Shown here: positions 20,019 through 30,518 of the stretch, one piece after another
How the letters are laid out: each line of letters starts with the position of its first letter
How positions within the stretch are numbered: position 1 is the first letter of the stretch
Assembly (NCBI GenBank): GCA_041686095.1
Contig: JAWLEN010000001.1
Span: 35,471 to 99,470 of the forward strand
From: Candidatus Aminicenantes bacterium
GTDB taxonomy: Bacteria > Acidobacteriota > Aminicenantia > Aminicenantales > Aminicenantaceae
Reading direction: 5' to 3'
Length of the DNA: 64,000 nt
Position numbers and translations under genes: made by a program
Notes under the pieces: generated by a model
Databases searched by the model: none
What the model was told of the DNA's origin: nothing
What the model saw: only the letters and a program-made list of their open reading frames with translations

Positions 20019-20366
20019 TTATCCTTTTGAAAAGCTTTCCAATGCTTTTTGTTCATCACTAAATATATCTAAGACTTTTGATAACATAGTGACTTGGAAT
20101 ACAAGAGAAAGCTTTTTCGATATATTTGTGAGTTTTAAACTTCCCCCTACGTTTTGAGTTGAGATATAACTGGCAAGTATTTCACCCACCCCGAAACTGT
20201 CAATAAATTCCACTTTTTCCAAATTTAGAAGAAATTTTCTTTTGTTTTGATCAAGATGATCTTTAATCATTTGATGCAGAGTAACGTCAGAGGCTTCAGA
20301 TCTTCTGATCTCTCCTTTGACATCCAATATGGTGACTTCTTGTTTCTCTCTGATGTTTATTTTCAT
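20019..20366 (-). CDS. STAS-domain anti-sigma factor antagonist (SpoIIAA/RsbV-like)
   Basis: 115 aa; EFIDSFGVGEIL contains the conserved Ser (DSxG) phosphorylation site. Confidence 0.7.
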   Translation of the reverse strand: MKINIREKQEVTILDVKGEIRRSEASDVTLHQMIKDHLDQNKRKFLLNLEKVEFIDSFGVGEILASYISTQNVGGSLKLTNISKKLSLVFQVTMLSKVLDIFSDEQKALESFSKG

Positions 20367-20428
20367 CTTTTCATCTATAAGCTTTTATCAAAACAATAGT
20401 TATAAGTCAATATTTTAACATTCTCTTT

Positions 20429-21046
20429 TTATATTAACTCTTTATCTTTTAAGAATTTATAAATAATCTTTGTGCTTTCTTTGATGCTGTATTTTGACGT
20501 ATCTATGATAATTTCAGGATAGAAAGGTTCTTCATAAGGAGCAGATATCCCCGTGAATTCCTTGATCTCTCCTTTTCTTGCTTTTTTATAAAGTCCTTTG
20601 GGATCTCTTTTCTCAGCAATTTTTAGGGGAACTTTTAAAAAAACTTCAATAAATTTACCTTTTTCCAAAAGCGCACGGGCTTTATCTCTGTCCCTGCGGT
20701 AAGGAGATATAAAAGCAGTCATGGTGATGATACCAGTCTCAGAAAAAAGTTTAGCTACCTCTCCTATACGCCTAATATTCTCTTCTCTATCTTCTGGAGA
20801 AAATCCTAGATTTTTGTTTAATCCGTGGCGGATATTGTCTCCATCCAGAACGACAGATAGTTTTCTTTCATAAAAAAGTTTTTTTTCCAAGGCATGGGCC
20901 AGTGTTGATTTTCCGGATCCAGACAATCCTGTGAACCAGATAACAATTCCTTTCTGATTGAGGAGCTTATTTCTATCTTCTCTGGTGACATCGCCTTTGT
21001 GCCAGGTAATATTGGTTGCTTTTTGAACGGTCATGGTGTTCTCCAT
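20429..21046 (-). CDS. cysC: Adenylylsulfate (APS) kinase
   Basis: [15 protein letters not shown]-loop and NITWH motif. Probable start is MENTMTVQ at 21046, 8 nt after the sat stop; the ORF track extends to 21088. Confidence 0.85.
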   Translation of the reverse strand: MENTMTVQKATNITWHKGDVTREDRNKLLNQKGIVIWFTGLSGSGKSTLAHALEKKLFYERKLSVVLDGDNIRHGLNKNLGFSPEDREENIRRIGEVAKLFSETGIITMTAFISPYRRDRDKARALLEKGKFIEVFLKVPLKIAEKRDPKGLYKKARKGEIKEFTGISAPYEEPFYPEIIIDTSKYSIKESTKIIYKFLKDKELI

Positions 21047-21053
21047 TTGTATC

Positions 21054-22232
21054 TCACTTTGAATGCCCAGATTTTTTGTAGTAATCAATCAAAATTTGAG
21101 CCACTTCGGGCCGGGTGAATTCTTTAGGCGGCATCTGGCCTTTTGAAAGCATTTCTCTTACTTTGGTGCCGCTTATAAGAACTCGATATTTTTTATCATG
21201 GGAGCAGGTCTTCATGGATGCCATTCCATCACATTTATGACACCAAAAAGTCCAGTCAATATTAAGAGGCTGAATTTTCAGTTCTCCGGGTTTTATTTGA
21301 GTGAATATTTTCTGAGCATCAAAAGGACCATAATAATTTCCCACCCCTGCATGGTCTCTTCCTATAATGAGATGAGTACATCCATAATTCTGCCTGAATA
21401 TGGCATGAAGCAGAGCTTCCCTGGGACCTCCATACCTCATCTCCATGGGATATACTTTGAGAACCACTCGTTCCTTAGGGTAATAATTTTTAAGAAGGAC
21501 TTCATAACACTTCATCCTTATATCAGCAGGTATATCATCTGCTTTTAACTTTCCTACTAGAGGATGAATCAAAATCCCATCAGTCAATTCAAGAGCGATT
21601 TTTGTGCAGTATTCATGACTTCTATGAATGGGATTTCTGGTCTGAAAAGCAGAGATTGTTGACCATCCCTTTTTTAAAAATATTTCCCTTGTTTCGGCAG
21701 GTCGAGCATAATAAGATCCATATAATTCAGGATAAGGACCCTCACTCAGAGCTTTCACGGGTCCTCCGAGGAGAACCTCATGTTGTTGAAATACTTTTTT
21801 TACGCCTGGATGAGCCTCATCTTTGGTGAAAAAAACCTGCTTAGCTTCATATTCCTTATCATAGCTGTACTTATCTTCAACCTTCATAAGACCCATTAAG
21901 TTGCTGCTTTCATCATCTATGAGCGCGATTTCTTCTCCTAAAGTAATATGATCAGCTTGTTGCTTGGTGACAGACAAAGTGATAGGAATAGGCCAAAGAG
22001 TCCCGTCAGATAAATGCATATTATCCATAACTTCTTTATAGTCTTGTTCTTTCATAAAGCCGTACAGGGGACTGAATGCGCCTATGGCCATCATAATAAG
22101 ATCTGACGTCTCACGGGAGGATAGCCTTACCTCGGTAAGAGTCTCTGCTTTTTTTTTGTATTCTTCTGATTGTTTTCCTTTAACCAGAAGAGGCCGAAGT
22201 TTTCCCCTATGAGGAGAGATAAGTTGACTCAT
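21054..22232 (-). CDS. sat: Sulfate adenylyltransferase (ATP sulfurylase)
   Basis: [11 protein letters not shown] and GRDHAGV motifs; 392 aa. Confidence 0.85.
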   Translation of the reverse strand: MSQLISPHRGKLRPLLVKGKQSEEYKKKAETLTEVRLSSRETSDLIMMAIGAFSPLYGFMKEQDYKEVMDNMHLSDGTLWPIPITLSVTKQQADHITLGEEIALIDDESSNLMGLMKVEDKYSYDKEYEAKQVFFTKDEAHPGVKKVFQQHEVLLGGPVKALSEGPYPELYGSYYARPAETREIFLKKGWSTISAFQTRNPIHRSHEYCTKIALELTDGILIHPLVGKLKADDIPADIRMKCYEVLLKNYYPKERVVLKVYPMEMRYGGPREALLHAIFRQNYGCTHLIIGRDHAGVGNYYGPFDAQKIFTQIKPGELKIQPLNIDWTFWCHKCDGMASMKTCSHDKKYRVLISGTKVREMLSKGQMPPKEFTRPEVAQILIDYYKKSGHSK

Positions 22233-22324
22233 GTCATTTTTCTCCTATAACTATCAACCTGAACTCATGAATAATCCATGTTAATATTTTTTTGTTTCAA
22301 CCGCCTGTATATAGATCCACGAGA

Positions 22325-22726
22325 TTAAAAAGACTTGCTCATAAGAAGAATATTTTGATTTTTTTTTCGTTGGTATTCAACACTGTTCATAAGGCTCCTT
22401 ATGAGAAAAACACCTAAGCCTCCTTTTTTTTCCTTGTCTATTATTTCTGATATATTGGGTTTTTTAATGCTTCTGGGATCAAAAGGAATCCCGTCATCCT
22501 TTATCTCAAAAAAAACTTTATTTTTTTCTATCCAGCTTTTTAGATAGATAGTGCCTTTGTTTTTTGGATAAGCATACTTAATGATATTGATACATACTTC
22601 TACCAGGGACAGGTCCATAATATAGTAGTCTTTCTCAGACACATCTTTTTCCTTAAGAATTTCCTTTAAAAAAGACCGGACTTTTTTAAGTTCCGACAAA
22701 TCGCTTTTAACTTTCAAAGTTTTCAT
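22325..22726 (-). CDS. Anti-sigma regulatory factor Ser/Thr kinase (RsbW/SpoIIAB-like HATPase)
   Basis: 133 aa; EVCINIIKYAY (N-box) and GGLGVFLIRSLM (G-box) of the HATPase_c_2 type. Confidence 0.65.
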   Translation of the reverse strand: MKTLKVKSDLSELKKVRSFLKEILKEKDVSEKDYYIMDLSLVEVCINIIKYAYPKNKGTIYLKSWIEKNKVFFEIKDDGIPFDPRSIKKPNISEIIDKEKKGGLGVFLIRSLMNSVEYQRKKNQNILLMSKSF

Positions 22727-22805
22727 GATATTCAGGCTTTATCTTTTATCATGAAAATTGTCTTAATTCAACCTGCTCATCCAAGAATCTCTTATGCAGT
22801 TTAAT

Positions 22806-22938
22806 TCGGAAGTATTTCTAAAAACCGTGATACAGGTGATGAATAATATTTATTAAAGGGAATCGATCGGGTGACGAATCCCTTGCCCTTCCCCTTATCT
22901 GTCAAGTAAACTCTATCACGTTTTTTAGAAATACTTCC
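22806..22938. mobile_element. MITE-like palindromic repeat, family A, short copy 1
   Basis: Terminal inverted repeats GGAAGTATTTCTAAAAACCGTGATA ... TATCACGTTTTTTAGAAATACTTCC, flanked by 8-bp direct repeat AGTTTAAT (22798-22805 and 22939-22946). Shares a core with the copies at 31.9, 43.8, 46.7 and 55.7 kb. Confidence 0.75.
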
Positions 22939-23089
22939 AGTTTAATCCCTATAATTGAAATAATATTCTTAATATGATAATGTCTTTATTTATTCCAGCC
23001 TTTTATTACCTGGATAATTCATAAATAGATTTTTTTATGGGTCATCCAGATTTACAACTGGATTGATACCAGAAAGGAGTATCATAATT

Positions 23090-24250
23090 ATGAGTAAAGA
23101 CGGAATACATCTTTTCACTTCTGAATCTGTAACTGAAGGCCATCCAGATAAAATTTGCGATCAAGTTTCTGATGCCATCCTGGATGATCTGATCAAAAAG
23201 GACCCTAAGAGCCGGGTTGCCTGCGAGACACTTGTGACAACCGGGATGGTGATCATAGCCGGAGAAATAACAAGCGAAGCCTACTGCGACTTCCAGCAAG
23301 TGGTCAGAGATACAGTCAACGAGATCGGATACAACAGCTCAAAATATGGATTTGATTATGAGACCTGCGGGGTGATGTCTTCTATACATGAGCAGTCTTC
23401 TGATATTGCCAGAGGGGTGGATGAAAGCAAAAAACGGGAACAGGGAGCTGGAGACCAGGGATTGATGTTTGGATATGCTTGCAGTGAAACCAAAGAACTG
23501 ATGCCCCTTCCTATTATGCTGGCTCATAAACTAGTCAAAAGACTGACTCAGGTAAGGCGCGAAGCAATATTGGATTACATACGTCCTGACGGAAAGTCTC
23601 AGGTCACAGTAGAATATGATGGAGACACCCCTAAAAGAATCGATGCTGTGGTTATTTCTGCCCAGCATGAACCCAATGTAAAAATGAAAGATCTACGAGC
23701 TGATGTTGAAAATAAAGTTATCCGTGAAGTCATCTCTGAAGATATGCTGGATAAAAATACAAAATTTTATATCAATCCCACAGGCCGATTTGAGCAGGGT
23801 GGACCGTTTGCAGACACTGGAGTGACCGGCCGTAAAATCATTGTGGATACCTACGGCGGCATCGGAAGTCATGGAGGAGGGTGTTTTTCAGGAAAAGATC
23901 CATCAAAAGTAGACCGGTCCGGTTCTTATATGGCCCGCTACATCGCAAAAAATTTAGTGGCTGCTGGAATTGTTGATAAAATCGAAGTTCAGATTGCCTA
24001 TGCCATTGGAGTTGCTGAACCCGTTTCCATCATGGTTGATTCCTTTGGAACATCAGATGTCCAAGAAGATAAAATAAAAGAACTCATCAGGGCGCATTTC
24101 GAACTCAAACCCAAAGGAATGATCAGCACCTTAAATCTTTTGAATCCGATCTATAAAAAAACAGCTGCCTACGGTCACTTTGGGCGAAACATATTCCCAT
24201 GGGAAAAGACTGATAAGGCAGAAGCACTGAAAAAAGATGCCGGACTTTAA
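23090..24250 (+). CDS. metK: S-adenosylmethionine synthetase
   Basis: [20 protein letters not shown] motifs. GGAG RBS precedes the ATG at 23090. Confidence 0.9.
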   Translation: MSKDGIHLFTSESVTEGHPDKICDQVSDAILDDLIKKDPKSRVACETLVTTGMVIIAGEITSEAYCDFQQVVRDTVNEIGYNSSKYGFDYETCGVMSSIHEQSSDIARGVDESKKREQGAGDQGLMFGYACSETKELMPLPIMLAHKLVKRLTQVRREAILDYIRPDGKSQVTVEYDGDTPKRIDAVVISAQHEPNVKMKDLRADVENKVIREVISEDMLDKNTKFYINPTGRFEQGGPFADTGVTGRKIIVDTYGGIGSHGGGCFSGKDPSKVDRSGSYMARYIAKNLVAAGIVDKIEVQIAYAIGVAEPVSIMVDSFGTSDVQEDKIKELIRAHFELKPKGMISTLNLLNPIYKKTAAYGHFGRNIFPWEKTDKAEALKKDAGL

Positions 24251-24267
24251 TTTTTTCGATATTGATT

Positions 24268-24525
24268 AACCTGACCTATTCATAAAAAAATGGCGATGTT
24301 TTTATTATCAATTTATTTTCAGCGATATACAAGGTTTTTTCAAAAATGACGATTGAAACTATTTTCCTGTTTAGGTATTTTATTTTAATCGCCATTTTTT
24401 TACCATTGAGGCGAGCCGATCTCACTGCATCTGCTTCGTTACAGGGCATTCGTAGTGAAGGACCACGACTTCATACCCTGTGCCTTGCATCTGCAGCAAC
24501 CTCGACTCGTGAATAATCCAGGTTA
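24268..24525 (+). mobile_element. MITE-like repeat, family B, copy b
   Basis: About 95% identical to the inverted copy at 12208..12468. It lies between the metK stop and the ahcY start. Confidence 0.7.
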
Positions 24526-24576
24526 AATAAAAAGATTTGTTATATAAACAGAAATAATAAACAAGAGGAGTATCCA

Positions 24577-25833
24577 ATGAATTATGACGTCAAAGATTTA
24601 AGCCTTGCCGAAAAGGGCCAACTGCGTATGGAATGGGCAGCAAGATTTATGCCCGTTCTTGCAGACATAAAAGAGAAATTCAGGAAAGAGAAACCTCTGG
24701 ATGGGGTAAGAATATCTGCCTGTCTTCACGTAACCAGTGAGACAGCTAATCTTATGGAAACTTTGAAAGAGGGAGGAGCCAAAGTTGTTTTAACCGCTTC
24801 CAATCCATTAAGCACCCAAGATGATATAGCAGCTGCCTTGGTCAAGAAGCATGAAATCTCTGTTTTTTCTATAAAAGGGGAGGACAATGAAACCTATTAT
24901 AAACACATCAATCAGGCATTAGATAATAAACCTCAAATCACAATGGATGACGGAGCAGACCTGGTAAGCACTATCCATTCCCAAAGAAAAGAACTCCTCC
25001 GGAATATTATAGGAGGAACTGAAGAAACCACTACTGGGGTTATCCGCTTAAAAAGCATGGCTGCGCAAAAAGTTTTGAATTATCCAATTATTGCAGTCAA
25101 CGATGCCAAAACAAAACATCTGTTTGATAACAGATATGGGACCGGTCAAAGCACTATTGACGGAATATTAAGGTCTACCAATATACTGATTGCCGGGACC
25201 AATTTTGTTGTTTGTGGCTATGGGTGGTGTGGCAGAGGAGTCTCCTTAAGAGCTAAAGGAGCCGGAGCTAAGGTCATTATATGCGAAGTGGAACCACTTA
25301 AAGCTTTAGAAGCGGTCATGGATGGATTTCAGGTCATGCCTTTGGAAAAAGCAGCTGAGATCGGAGATTTGTTTGTGACTGTGACTGGAGATAAAAACGT
25401 TCTGTCAACCCAGCACTTTGAGAAAATGAAAGATGGAGCCATTGTGGCTAATTCAGGACATTTCAACGTTGAGATCGACATACCAGCTCTTAATAAAATG
25501 TCCAAAGGAAAAAGAGACATCAGAAAGTTTGTGGAAGAATTTACCCTTAAAAACGGAAGAAAAGTCTTTCTTCTTGCCAACGGACGCCTTTTAAATCTCT
25601 CTGCAGCCGAAGGCCATCCAGCTTCTGTTATGGATATGAGTTTTGCCAATCAGGCCTTGAGCGCTGTCCATCTTTATAAGGAAGGAAATGTCCTTCAGAA
25701 AAAAGTATATCCAGTGCCTTTAGAAATTGATGAGGACATTGCTTTGAGAAAATTAAAGTCCATGGGTGTTCAAATAGACAGCTTAACTGAGGAACAAAAA
25801 AAGTATCTGGCGGGATGGGAAGAAGGAACCTGA
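24577..25833 (+). CDS. ahcY: Adenosylhomocysteinase
   Basis: 418 aa with a GYGWCGRG (core GxGxxG) NAD-binding motif and a typical SAHH N-terminus. Confidence 0.9.
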   Translation: MNYDVKDLSLAEKGQLRMEWAARFMPVLADIKEKFRKEKPLDGVRISACLHVTSETANLMETLKEGGAKVVLTASNPLSTQDDIAAALVKKHEISVFSIKGEDNETYYKHINQALDNKPQITMDDGADLVSTIHSQRKELLRNIIGGTEETTTGVIRLKSMAAQKVLNYPIIAVNDAKTKHLFDNRYGTGQSTIDGILRSTNILIAGTNFVVCGYGWCGRGVSLRAKGAGAKVIICEVEPLKALEAVMDGFQVMPLEKAAEIGDLFVTVTGDKNVLSTQHFEKMKDGAIVANSGHFNVEIDIPALNKMSKGKRDIRKFVEEFTLKNGRKVFLLANGRLLNLSAAEGHPASVMDMSFANQALSAVHLYKEGNVLQKKVYPVPLEIDEDIALRKLKSMGVQIDSLTEEQKKYLAGWEEGT

Positions 25834-25837
25834 TCCC

Positions 25838-26611
25838 TCAGTGTTTTTTGTTCTCTTCAATAATATCAAGATATTTATCAATATTTTTCTTCATCTCAGG
25901 GTCCTGGACTTTGGGCTTGATCTCAAGCAGAACTTTTTCTGCCTCTTCATAATCGCCTTTTTTTAAATAAGCCCCTGCTAAATTAAACTTGATATTTATT
26001 TCATCTGGAGAAAGCTTGATTGCCTTTTGGTAATAGTCTATGGCTTCTTCGTATCTTTCAAATTCTTCACAAATTACAGCATAAAGATTCAAAGACATAA
26101 CAAGATTGTTATTCATTTCAATGGACTTCTTTATATATTCATAAGCCTTCTCTTTTTCCTTCTTAATCAAATAAAGACGGGCCAAGTTATAATAAGGAAG
26201 TTCCCGAGAGTGATAATTTTCATTTCGAGCTGCTTTAAGAAACTCCTGCTCAGCTTTATCCAGAAATCCCATTTCTTGATACACAGATCCTAAATAGTTA
26301 TGGGCTTCTGATAAAGTGGGATCCAGGCTCAAGGCTTTTTTGTAATATTTTTCAGATTCCTTTAAATTTCCCTGCAACGAATGAGCCAGTCCCATCCCTA
26401 TTAAAGTTAGGGTATTATCAGGATCCAAAGAAAGTGATTTGTTGAGATATTCCAAAGCCTTTTCTGGCTGATCATTATTGATATAAAAAATACCAAGGTT
26501 GTATTGATAATGAGGATCTTTTTCTCTCTGCCTTTGTATTTTTTCCTGAGTCGAAACACAGGTTATCAGAGAAGCGCAAATCAAAAGAATAACGACTGGT
26601 TTTATTTTCAT
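25838..26611 (-). CDS. TPR-repeat lipoprotein
   Basis: Signal peptide with Cys (LITCVS); multiple 34-aa TPR units (ALEYLNKSLSLDP..., AEQEFLKAAR...). Confidence 0.6.
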   Translation of the reverse strand: MKIKPVVILLICASLITCVSTQEKIQRQREKDPHYQYNLGIFYINNDQPEKALEYLNKSLSLDPDNTLTLIGMGLAHSLQGNLKESEKYYKKALSLDPTLSEAHNYLGSVYQEMGFLDKAEQEFLKAARNENYHSRELPYYNLARLYLIKKEKEKAYEYIKKSIEMNNNLVMSLNLYAVICEEFERYEEAIDYYQKAIKLSPDEINIKFNLAGAYLKKGDYEEAEKVLLEIKPKVQDPEMKKNIDKYLDIIEENKKH

Positions 26612-26628
26612 TTATATTTCCCCCATAT

Positions 26629-27633
26629 TTAAAATATTTTTTCTTGTTTTAATTTTCTGGACATAAGGTCTTTAAGAGCCTTTCTTGGGTCCTTGTTTTT
26701 ATATAATATATTATAGACTTGTTCACAGATGGGAATTTCTATTTCAAATTTTTCAGCCAGTTTTCTGGCTGAAAGCGTTGTGGTGACCCCTTCGGCCACC
26801 ATTCTCATTTCCTTTAGAATGCTCTTAATCGAATTTCCCTTTCCTAATTCGAATCCCACATGTCTATTCCGGCTTAACTTTCCGGTACAGGTTAGAACAA
26901 GGTCTCCGATCCCTGCTAATCCTGAAAAAGTTTCTGCCTTTGCTCCCATCCTTACTCCAAGTCTTGTTATTTCAGCAATACCTCTGGTAATAAGAGCTGC
27001 AAGTGTGTTTCTTCCATAGCCAAGTCCATCTGAGATTCCTGCAGAGATGGCAATGATATTTTTGAGAGCTCCTGCAAGTTCCACTCCAACCACATCGCCT
27101 GATGTGTACGCTCTGAAAAAACTATTAGAAACAAAAAACTGTACTTTTTTTGCAATATCTGGATTATTGGAAGCCACAACCACGGCGGTGGGATGAGATT
27201 CCGCAACTTCTCTGGCGAAACTGGGTCCGGACATCACTGCAATTCTTGAAATTGTTTCAGGTCCAAATGTGCTCTGCATCAATTCACTCATCCGCTTCAG
27301 GGATTCATATTCGATCCCCTTGGTCAGACTGACGATGATTTGATTCTCACTAAGGAATGAGGAGATCTTTTCATACATCTGCCTGCAGTATTCTGAAGGA
27401 ACCGCAATAAACACAATATCAGAATTTTGAAGAGTCTGCTTGAGGTCATTACCGAATGAAACCGATGAAGGGAATTCAACTCCGGGTAAAAAAGTTTTAT
27501 TTTCTCTTGTTCGGGAAGTGGATTCATATATTTCAGGCTCTCGGATCCAAAGTTTGGTCTCTATCCCTTTGCGCCCAAGATGGACACTAAAAGCACTTCC
27601 CCAACTCCCACCTCCTATAACACTTGCAATCAT
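26629..27633 (-). CDS. gpsA: NAD(P)H-dependent glycerol-3-phosphate dehydrogenase
   Basis: Rossmann motif GGGSWGSA and a GpsA C-terminal domain. Confidence 0.85.
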   Translation of the reverse strand: MIASVIGGGSWGSAFSVHLGRKGIETKLWIREPEIYESTSRTRENKTFLPGVEFPSSVSFGNDLKQTLQNSDIVFIAVPSEYCRQMYEKISSFLSENQIIVSLTKGIEYESLKRMSELMQSTFGPETISRIAVMSGPSFAREVAESHPTAVVVASNNPDIAKKVQFFVSNSFFRAYTSGDVVGVELAGALKNIIAISAGISDGLGYGRNTLAALITRGIAEITRLGVRMGAKAETFSGLAGIGDLVLTCTGKLSRNRHVGFELGKGNSIKSILKEMRMVAEGVTTTLSARKLAEKFEIEIPICEQVYNILYKNKDPRKALKDLMSRKLKQEKIF

Positions 27634-28220
27634 GCTTCTTTTTCTCCTAATTTCCTTTCTTTTCCCTGGATTAAACGTTTTATGTTTTCTCTGTGCTGGA
27701 AAGCTATGAGAATAAACACAAGAATACCAAAATAAATGACAAACTTATCATATCCGAAAATCAAAGCTGTGAACGGTAGTGTCATCACAGAAACAAGAGA
27801 CCCTAAAGAAACATATTTTGTGATCATGATTATGGCCAAGAAAACAAACACCAATATCAATAAAGAAGGTAAAGATAGAGCCAGATAAACACCTACAGTA
27901 GTGGCAACCCCTTTACCTCCCTTAAATTTTATGTATATGGGAAAACAGTGCCCAAAAACAGCTAAAAATCCGCAGATAAGTGAGAAAAATAGATCGTCAA
28001 AAAGTTTTAAGGATAGAAAAACAGGGATAAATCCTTTGATTACATCAAATAAAGCTGCTAAAAGAGCTGTTTTTTTATCAGTTAGTCTTAAAAGATTGGT
28101 GGCTCCTATGCTTCGGCTGCCAAAGTTACGGATATCTCGTTTCTTGATTTTTAGATAAAGGAGGTAACCTGTTGGGATAGATCCAAATAAATAAGAAAAT
28201 AAAGCAAATAATATTTTCAT
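27630..28220 (-). CDS. plsY: Glycerol-3-phosphate acyltransferase PlsY
   Basis: 196 aa; FGSIPTGYLL and GSRSIGATN motifs. 4-nt overlap with gpsA. Confidence 0.8.
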   Translation of the reverse strand: MKILFALFSYLFGSIPTGYLLYLKIKKRDIRNFGSRSIGATNLLRLTDKKTALLAALFDVIKGFIPVFLSLKLFDDLFFSLICGFLAVFGHCFPIYIKFKGGKGVATTVGVYLALSLPSLLILVFVFLAIIMITKYVSLGSLVSVMTLPFTALIFGYDKFVIYFGILVFILIAFQHRENIKRLIQGKERKLGEKEA

Positions 28221-28783
28221 CTTAATGGGCTCTCATAAAGTATATCATACACAGCTCCCTGAGGAGTTAAGGTGCTCTTAAATAAAGTCAATCTATTGAC
28301 TTGTGTTTTCCCGAAGTCTTTATTTTTCGTTCGTTCGAGTTCAGGAATAAGTTTTTGGATCTCTGCCTTTTTTTTGACTCTTCCTAAAGTTAGATGAGGG
28401 TGAAAACTTCTCTTCTCTTTAGAAAAGCCGATTTTTTCAGCTTCTGTTTCAATATCCGCATATACCCCTTTAATGAATGAATTATCTTCTATTCCAACCC
28501 AGATCACCTTTGGATTTTTGCTTTTTAAAGGAAAGGTGCCGATTCCAGAACAGGATAAATCAAAACAAGAATGCTTTTTGGAAACCTTATCCAGGATATT
28601 CTTCAATTGACCTGTTTTTGTTTCATCTATGTTCCCCAAAAATTTAAGCGTTAAGTGCATGGCTGATGGCTTGACCCATTTGACTCTTGAGCTTAATTTT
28701 TCAAAATGACGGATCATTTTTGTTAAGTTCTTTTTTACTTCAGGATCGATTTCTATGGCAATAAAAGCTCTCATCCTAGCCAT
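28217..28783 (-). CDS. thpR: RNA 2',3'-cyclic phosphodiesterase (2H family, LigT/ThpR)
   Basis: Two H-x-T-x motifs (HLTLKFLG and HPHLTLGR). Confidence 0.75.
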   Translation of the reverse strand: MARMRAFIAIEIDPEVKKNLTKMIRHFEKLSSRVKWVKPSAMHLTLKFLGNIDETKTGQLKNILDKVSKKHSCFDLSCSGIGTFPLKSKNPKVIWVGIEDNSFIKGVYADIETEAEKIGFSKEKRSFHPHLTLGRVKKKAEIQKLIPELERTKNKDFGKTQVNRLTLFKSTLTPQGAVYDILYESPLR

Positions 28784-28818
28784 CAGACCTCTTTATAAAT
28801 AAAATGGCACGTCTCTTA

Positions 28819-30072
28819 TTAGAATAAAATTTGTCTTCTCAACATATCCATTGCTTTTTGAGTGGCTCTGAACTTGACAGTACTTCTGTTTCCTAAGAAA
28901 CGGTTCTGATCAATCTTCACCCCATTATCCCAGGATAAGGCGGTAAACACAAGTCCCACTGGTTTTTCTTTTGTGCCGCCCCCGGGCCCAGCTATTCCTG
29001 TTATGGCTAAGCCATAATCCGTTCCAGATCTTTTTCTTATTCCCTCGGCCATTAAACCGGCAACCTCAGAACTCACAGCCCCGTATTTACGAATTACCCC
29101 TTTGTTCACTCCTAAAAGCCGGGTTTTGGCTTGATTAGAGTAGACTTGAACGCCTTGTAAAAAATATTGAGAGCTGCCAGGTATGTTTGTAATCCGATGC
29201 CCTAAAAATCCTCCGGTACAGGATTCTGCAATGGATAATTTTTTTTTGTTTTTAACCAGAAGTTTTCCAATAACTTCCTCTAATTCATCTCCATTTTCAG
29301 AAAATACATACCTTTTTAAACGTTCGGTTAATGATTCAATAAGCGGTTTAATTTGTTCTTCAGCTTGTTTGGAGGAAGCTACAGAATGACTGGTAATATG
29401 GATCTCGATCTGTCCTGGATGAGCTAAAACCGTTATATTCAATTCCGGTGATTTTGGGTATAGATCTGAAATCAGCATCTCTGTTCTGGACTCGGTGATT
29501 CCAGCCATTTTCAATATTTTATGAGCTATAAATCCTCTTTTAAATGTCTTCATCTTAGGCATAATACCGGATTCAAACATAGTCTTTAATTCAACCGGCG
29601 GACCAGGAAGGAGTATAGACACTCCTTCTGATTCTTCAATCCACAACCCAGGAGCTGTCCCAGATTTGTTTTCAATGACTTCAGATCCTTTTATAATAAA
29701 AGCCTGTTTTCTATTGGAGGGAGCCATATCAAGGCCCCTTTTGCGGAATCTTTTTTGAATAGTTTTTAGTAATTCCTGTTTAAATTCTAATTCTTTTCCT
29801 AGGGATTCTGCAAATACTTCTCGGGTTATATCATCACTTGTAGGCCCTAAGCCTCCAATGATAAAAATCATATCCGATCTTTTTAAAGCTTGATTGAAAC
29901 AGGATAATAATGATTTGCGATCATCACCAACAATACTTTTATAACTGACTTTTAGACCCAAATCATTTAATCGGGAAGTGATATAAAGGGAGTTTGTATC
30001 TTGATAAAAAGGAGTGAGAAGCTCAGATCCAACCGCAATAATTTCAATGACCAAGCTTTTTTTTTCTCTCAT
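28819..30072 (-). CDS. cinA: Competence/damage-inducible protein CinA (MoCF-binding + CinA C-terminal domain)
   Basis: 417 aa; IEIIAVGSELL N-terminus; C-terminal SIAESCTGG. Confidence 0.8.
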   Translation of the reverse strand: MREKKSLVIEIIAVGSELLTPFYQDTNSLYITSRLNDLGLKVSYKSIVGDDRKSLLSCFNQALKRSDMIFIIGGLGPTSDDITREVFAESLGKELEFKQELLKTIQKRFRKRGLDMAPSNRKQAFIIKGSEVIENKSGTAPGLWIEESEGVSILLPGPPVELKTMFESGIMPKMKTFKRGFIAHKILKMAGITESRTEMLISDLYPKSPELNITVLAHPGQIEIHITSHSVASSKQAEEQIKPLIESLTERLKRYVFSENGDELEEVIGKLLVKNKKKLSIAESCTGGFLGHRITNIPGSSQYFLQGVQVYSNQAKTRLLGVNKGVIRKYGAVSSEVAGLMAEGIRKRSGTDYGLAITGIAGPGGGTKEKPVGLVFTALSWDNGVKIDQNRFLGNRSTVKFRATQKAMDMLRRQILF

Positions 30073-30518
30073 GTCAAAATAATCACAATATTAAGAAGAA
30101 TGCTGGTATAAATTCCAGCAATGACGTCATCCAGCATAATTCCCCAGCCTTTAGAAAAATCTTCCGCTTTTTTTATGTAAAAAGGCTTTAGGATGTCAAA
30201 GAAACGAAAAACAAAAAAAGCTGACAAAATCAAAATCCAGGATGGCTTAAGCATAAAAAGAGCCACAAGCTGGCCCAAAACTTCATCCAGGACCACTTCA
30301 CTGGGATCATCGATTCCCGATCCAGAGACATGGATGGAAGAAGTGATCACACCTAAGATATACAGCAACAAAAAAAGCAGCAGCATATACAGCCAGTTCC
30401 ATTTATAGAGAATGTATTTATAGATCAACACTGTTGCCAGACTTGCTAAAGTTCCAGGGGCAAGAGGGAAATAACCGATTCCAAAAAAAGTCGAAATCAC
30501 TTTTGAGACAAGCTTCAT
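30069..30518 (-). CDS. pgpA: Phosphatidylglycerophosphatase A
   Basis: FFGIGYFPLAPGTLASL motif; 149 aa. Confidence 0.8.
   Translation of the reverse strand: MKLVSKVISTFFGIGYFPLAPGTLASLATVLIYKYILYKWNWLYMLLLFLLLYILGVITSSIHVSGSGIDDPSEVVLDEVLGQLVALFMLKPSWILILSAFFVFRFFDILKPFYIKKAEDFSKGWGIMLDDVIAGIYTSILLNIVIILT

Noticed and set aside
22727-23089. SAM riboswitch upstream of metK
   Set aside because: No recognisable SAM-I core (no CUCUUAUC.AGAG..GGAGGGA, no kink-turn). The region is largely occupied by a family A MITE copy.
24268-24525. SAH or SAM riboswitch in the metK-ahcY spacer
   Set aside because: The whole spacer is one copy of a ~260-bp repeat whose near-identical inverted copy sits in the 3' region between two convergent genes at 12.2 kb. 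A leader-specific riboswitch would not be duplicated there. I could not match SAM-I or SAH core consensus by eye. It remains testable with Rfam models.
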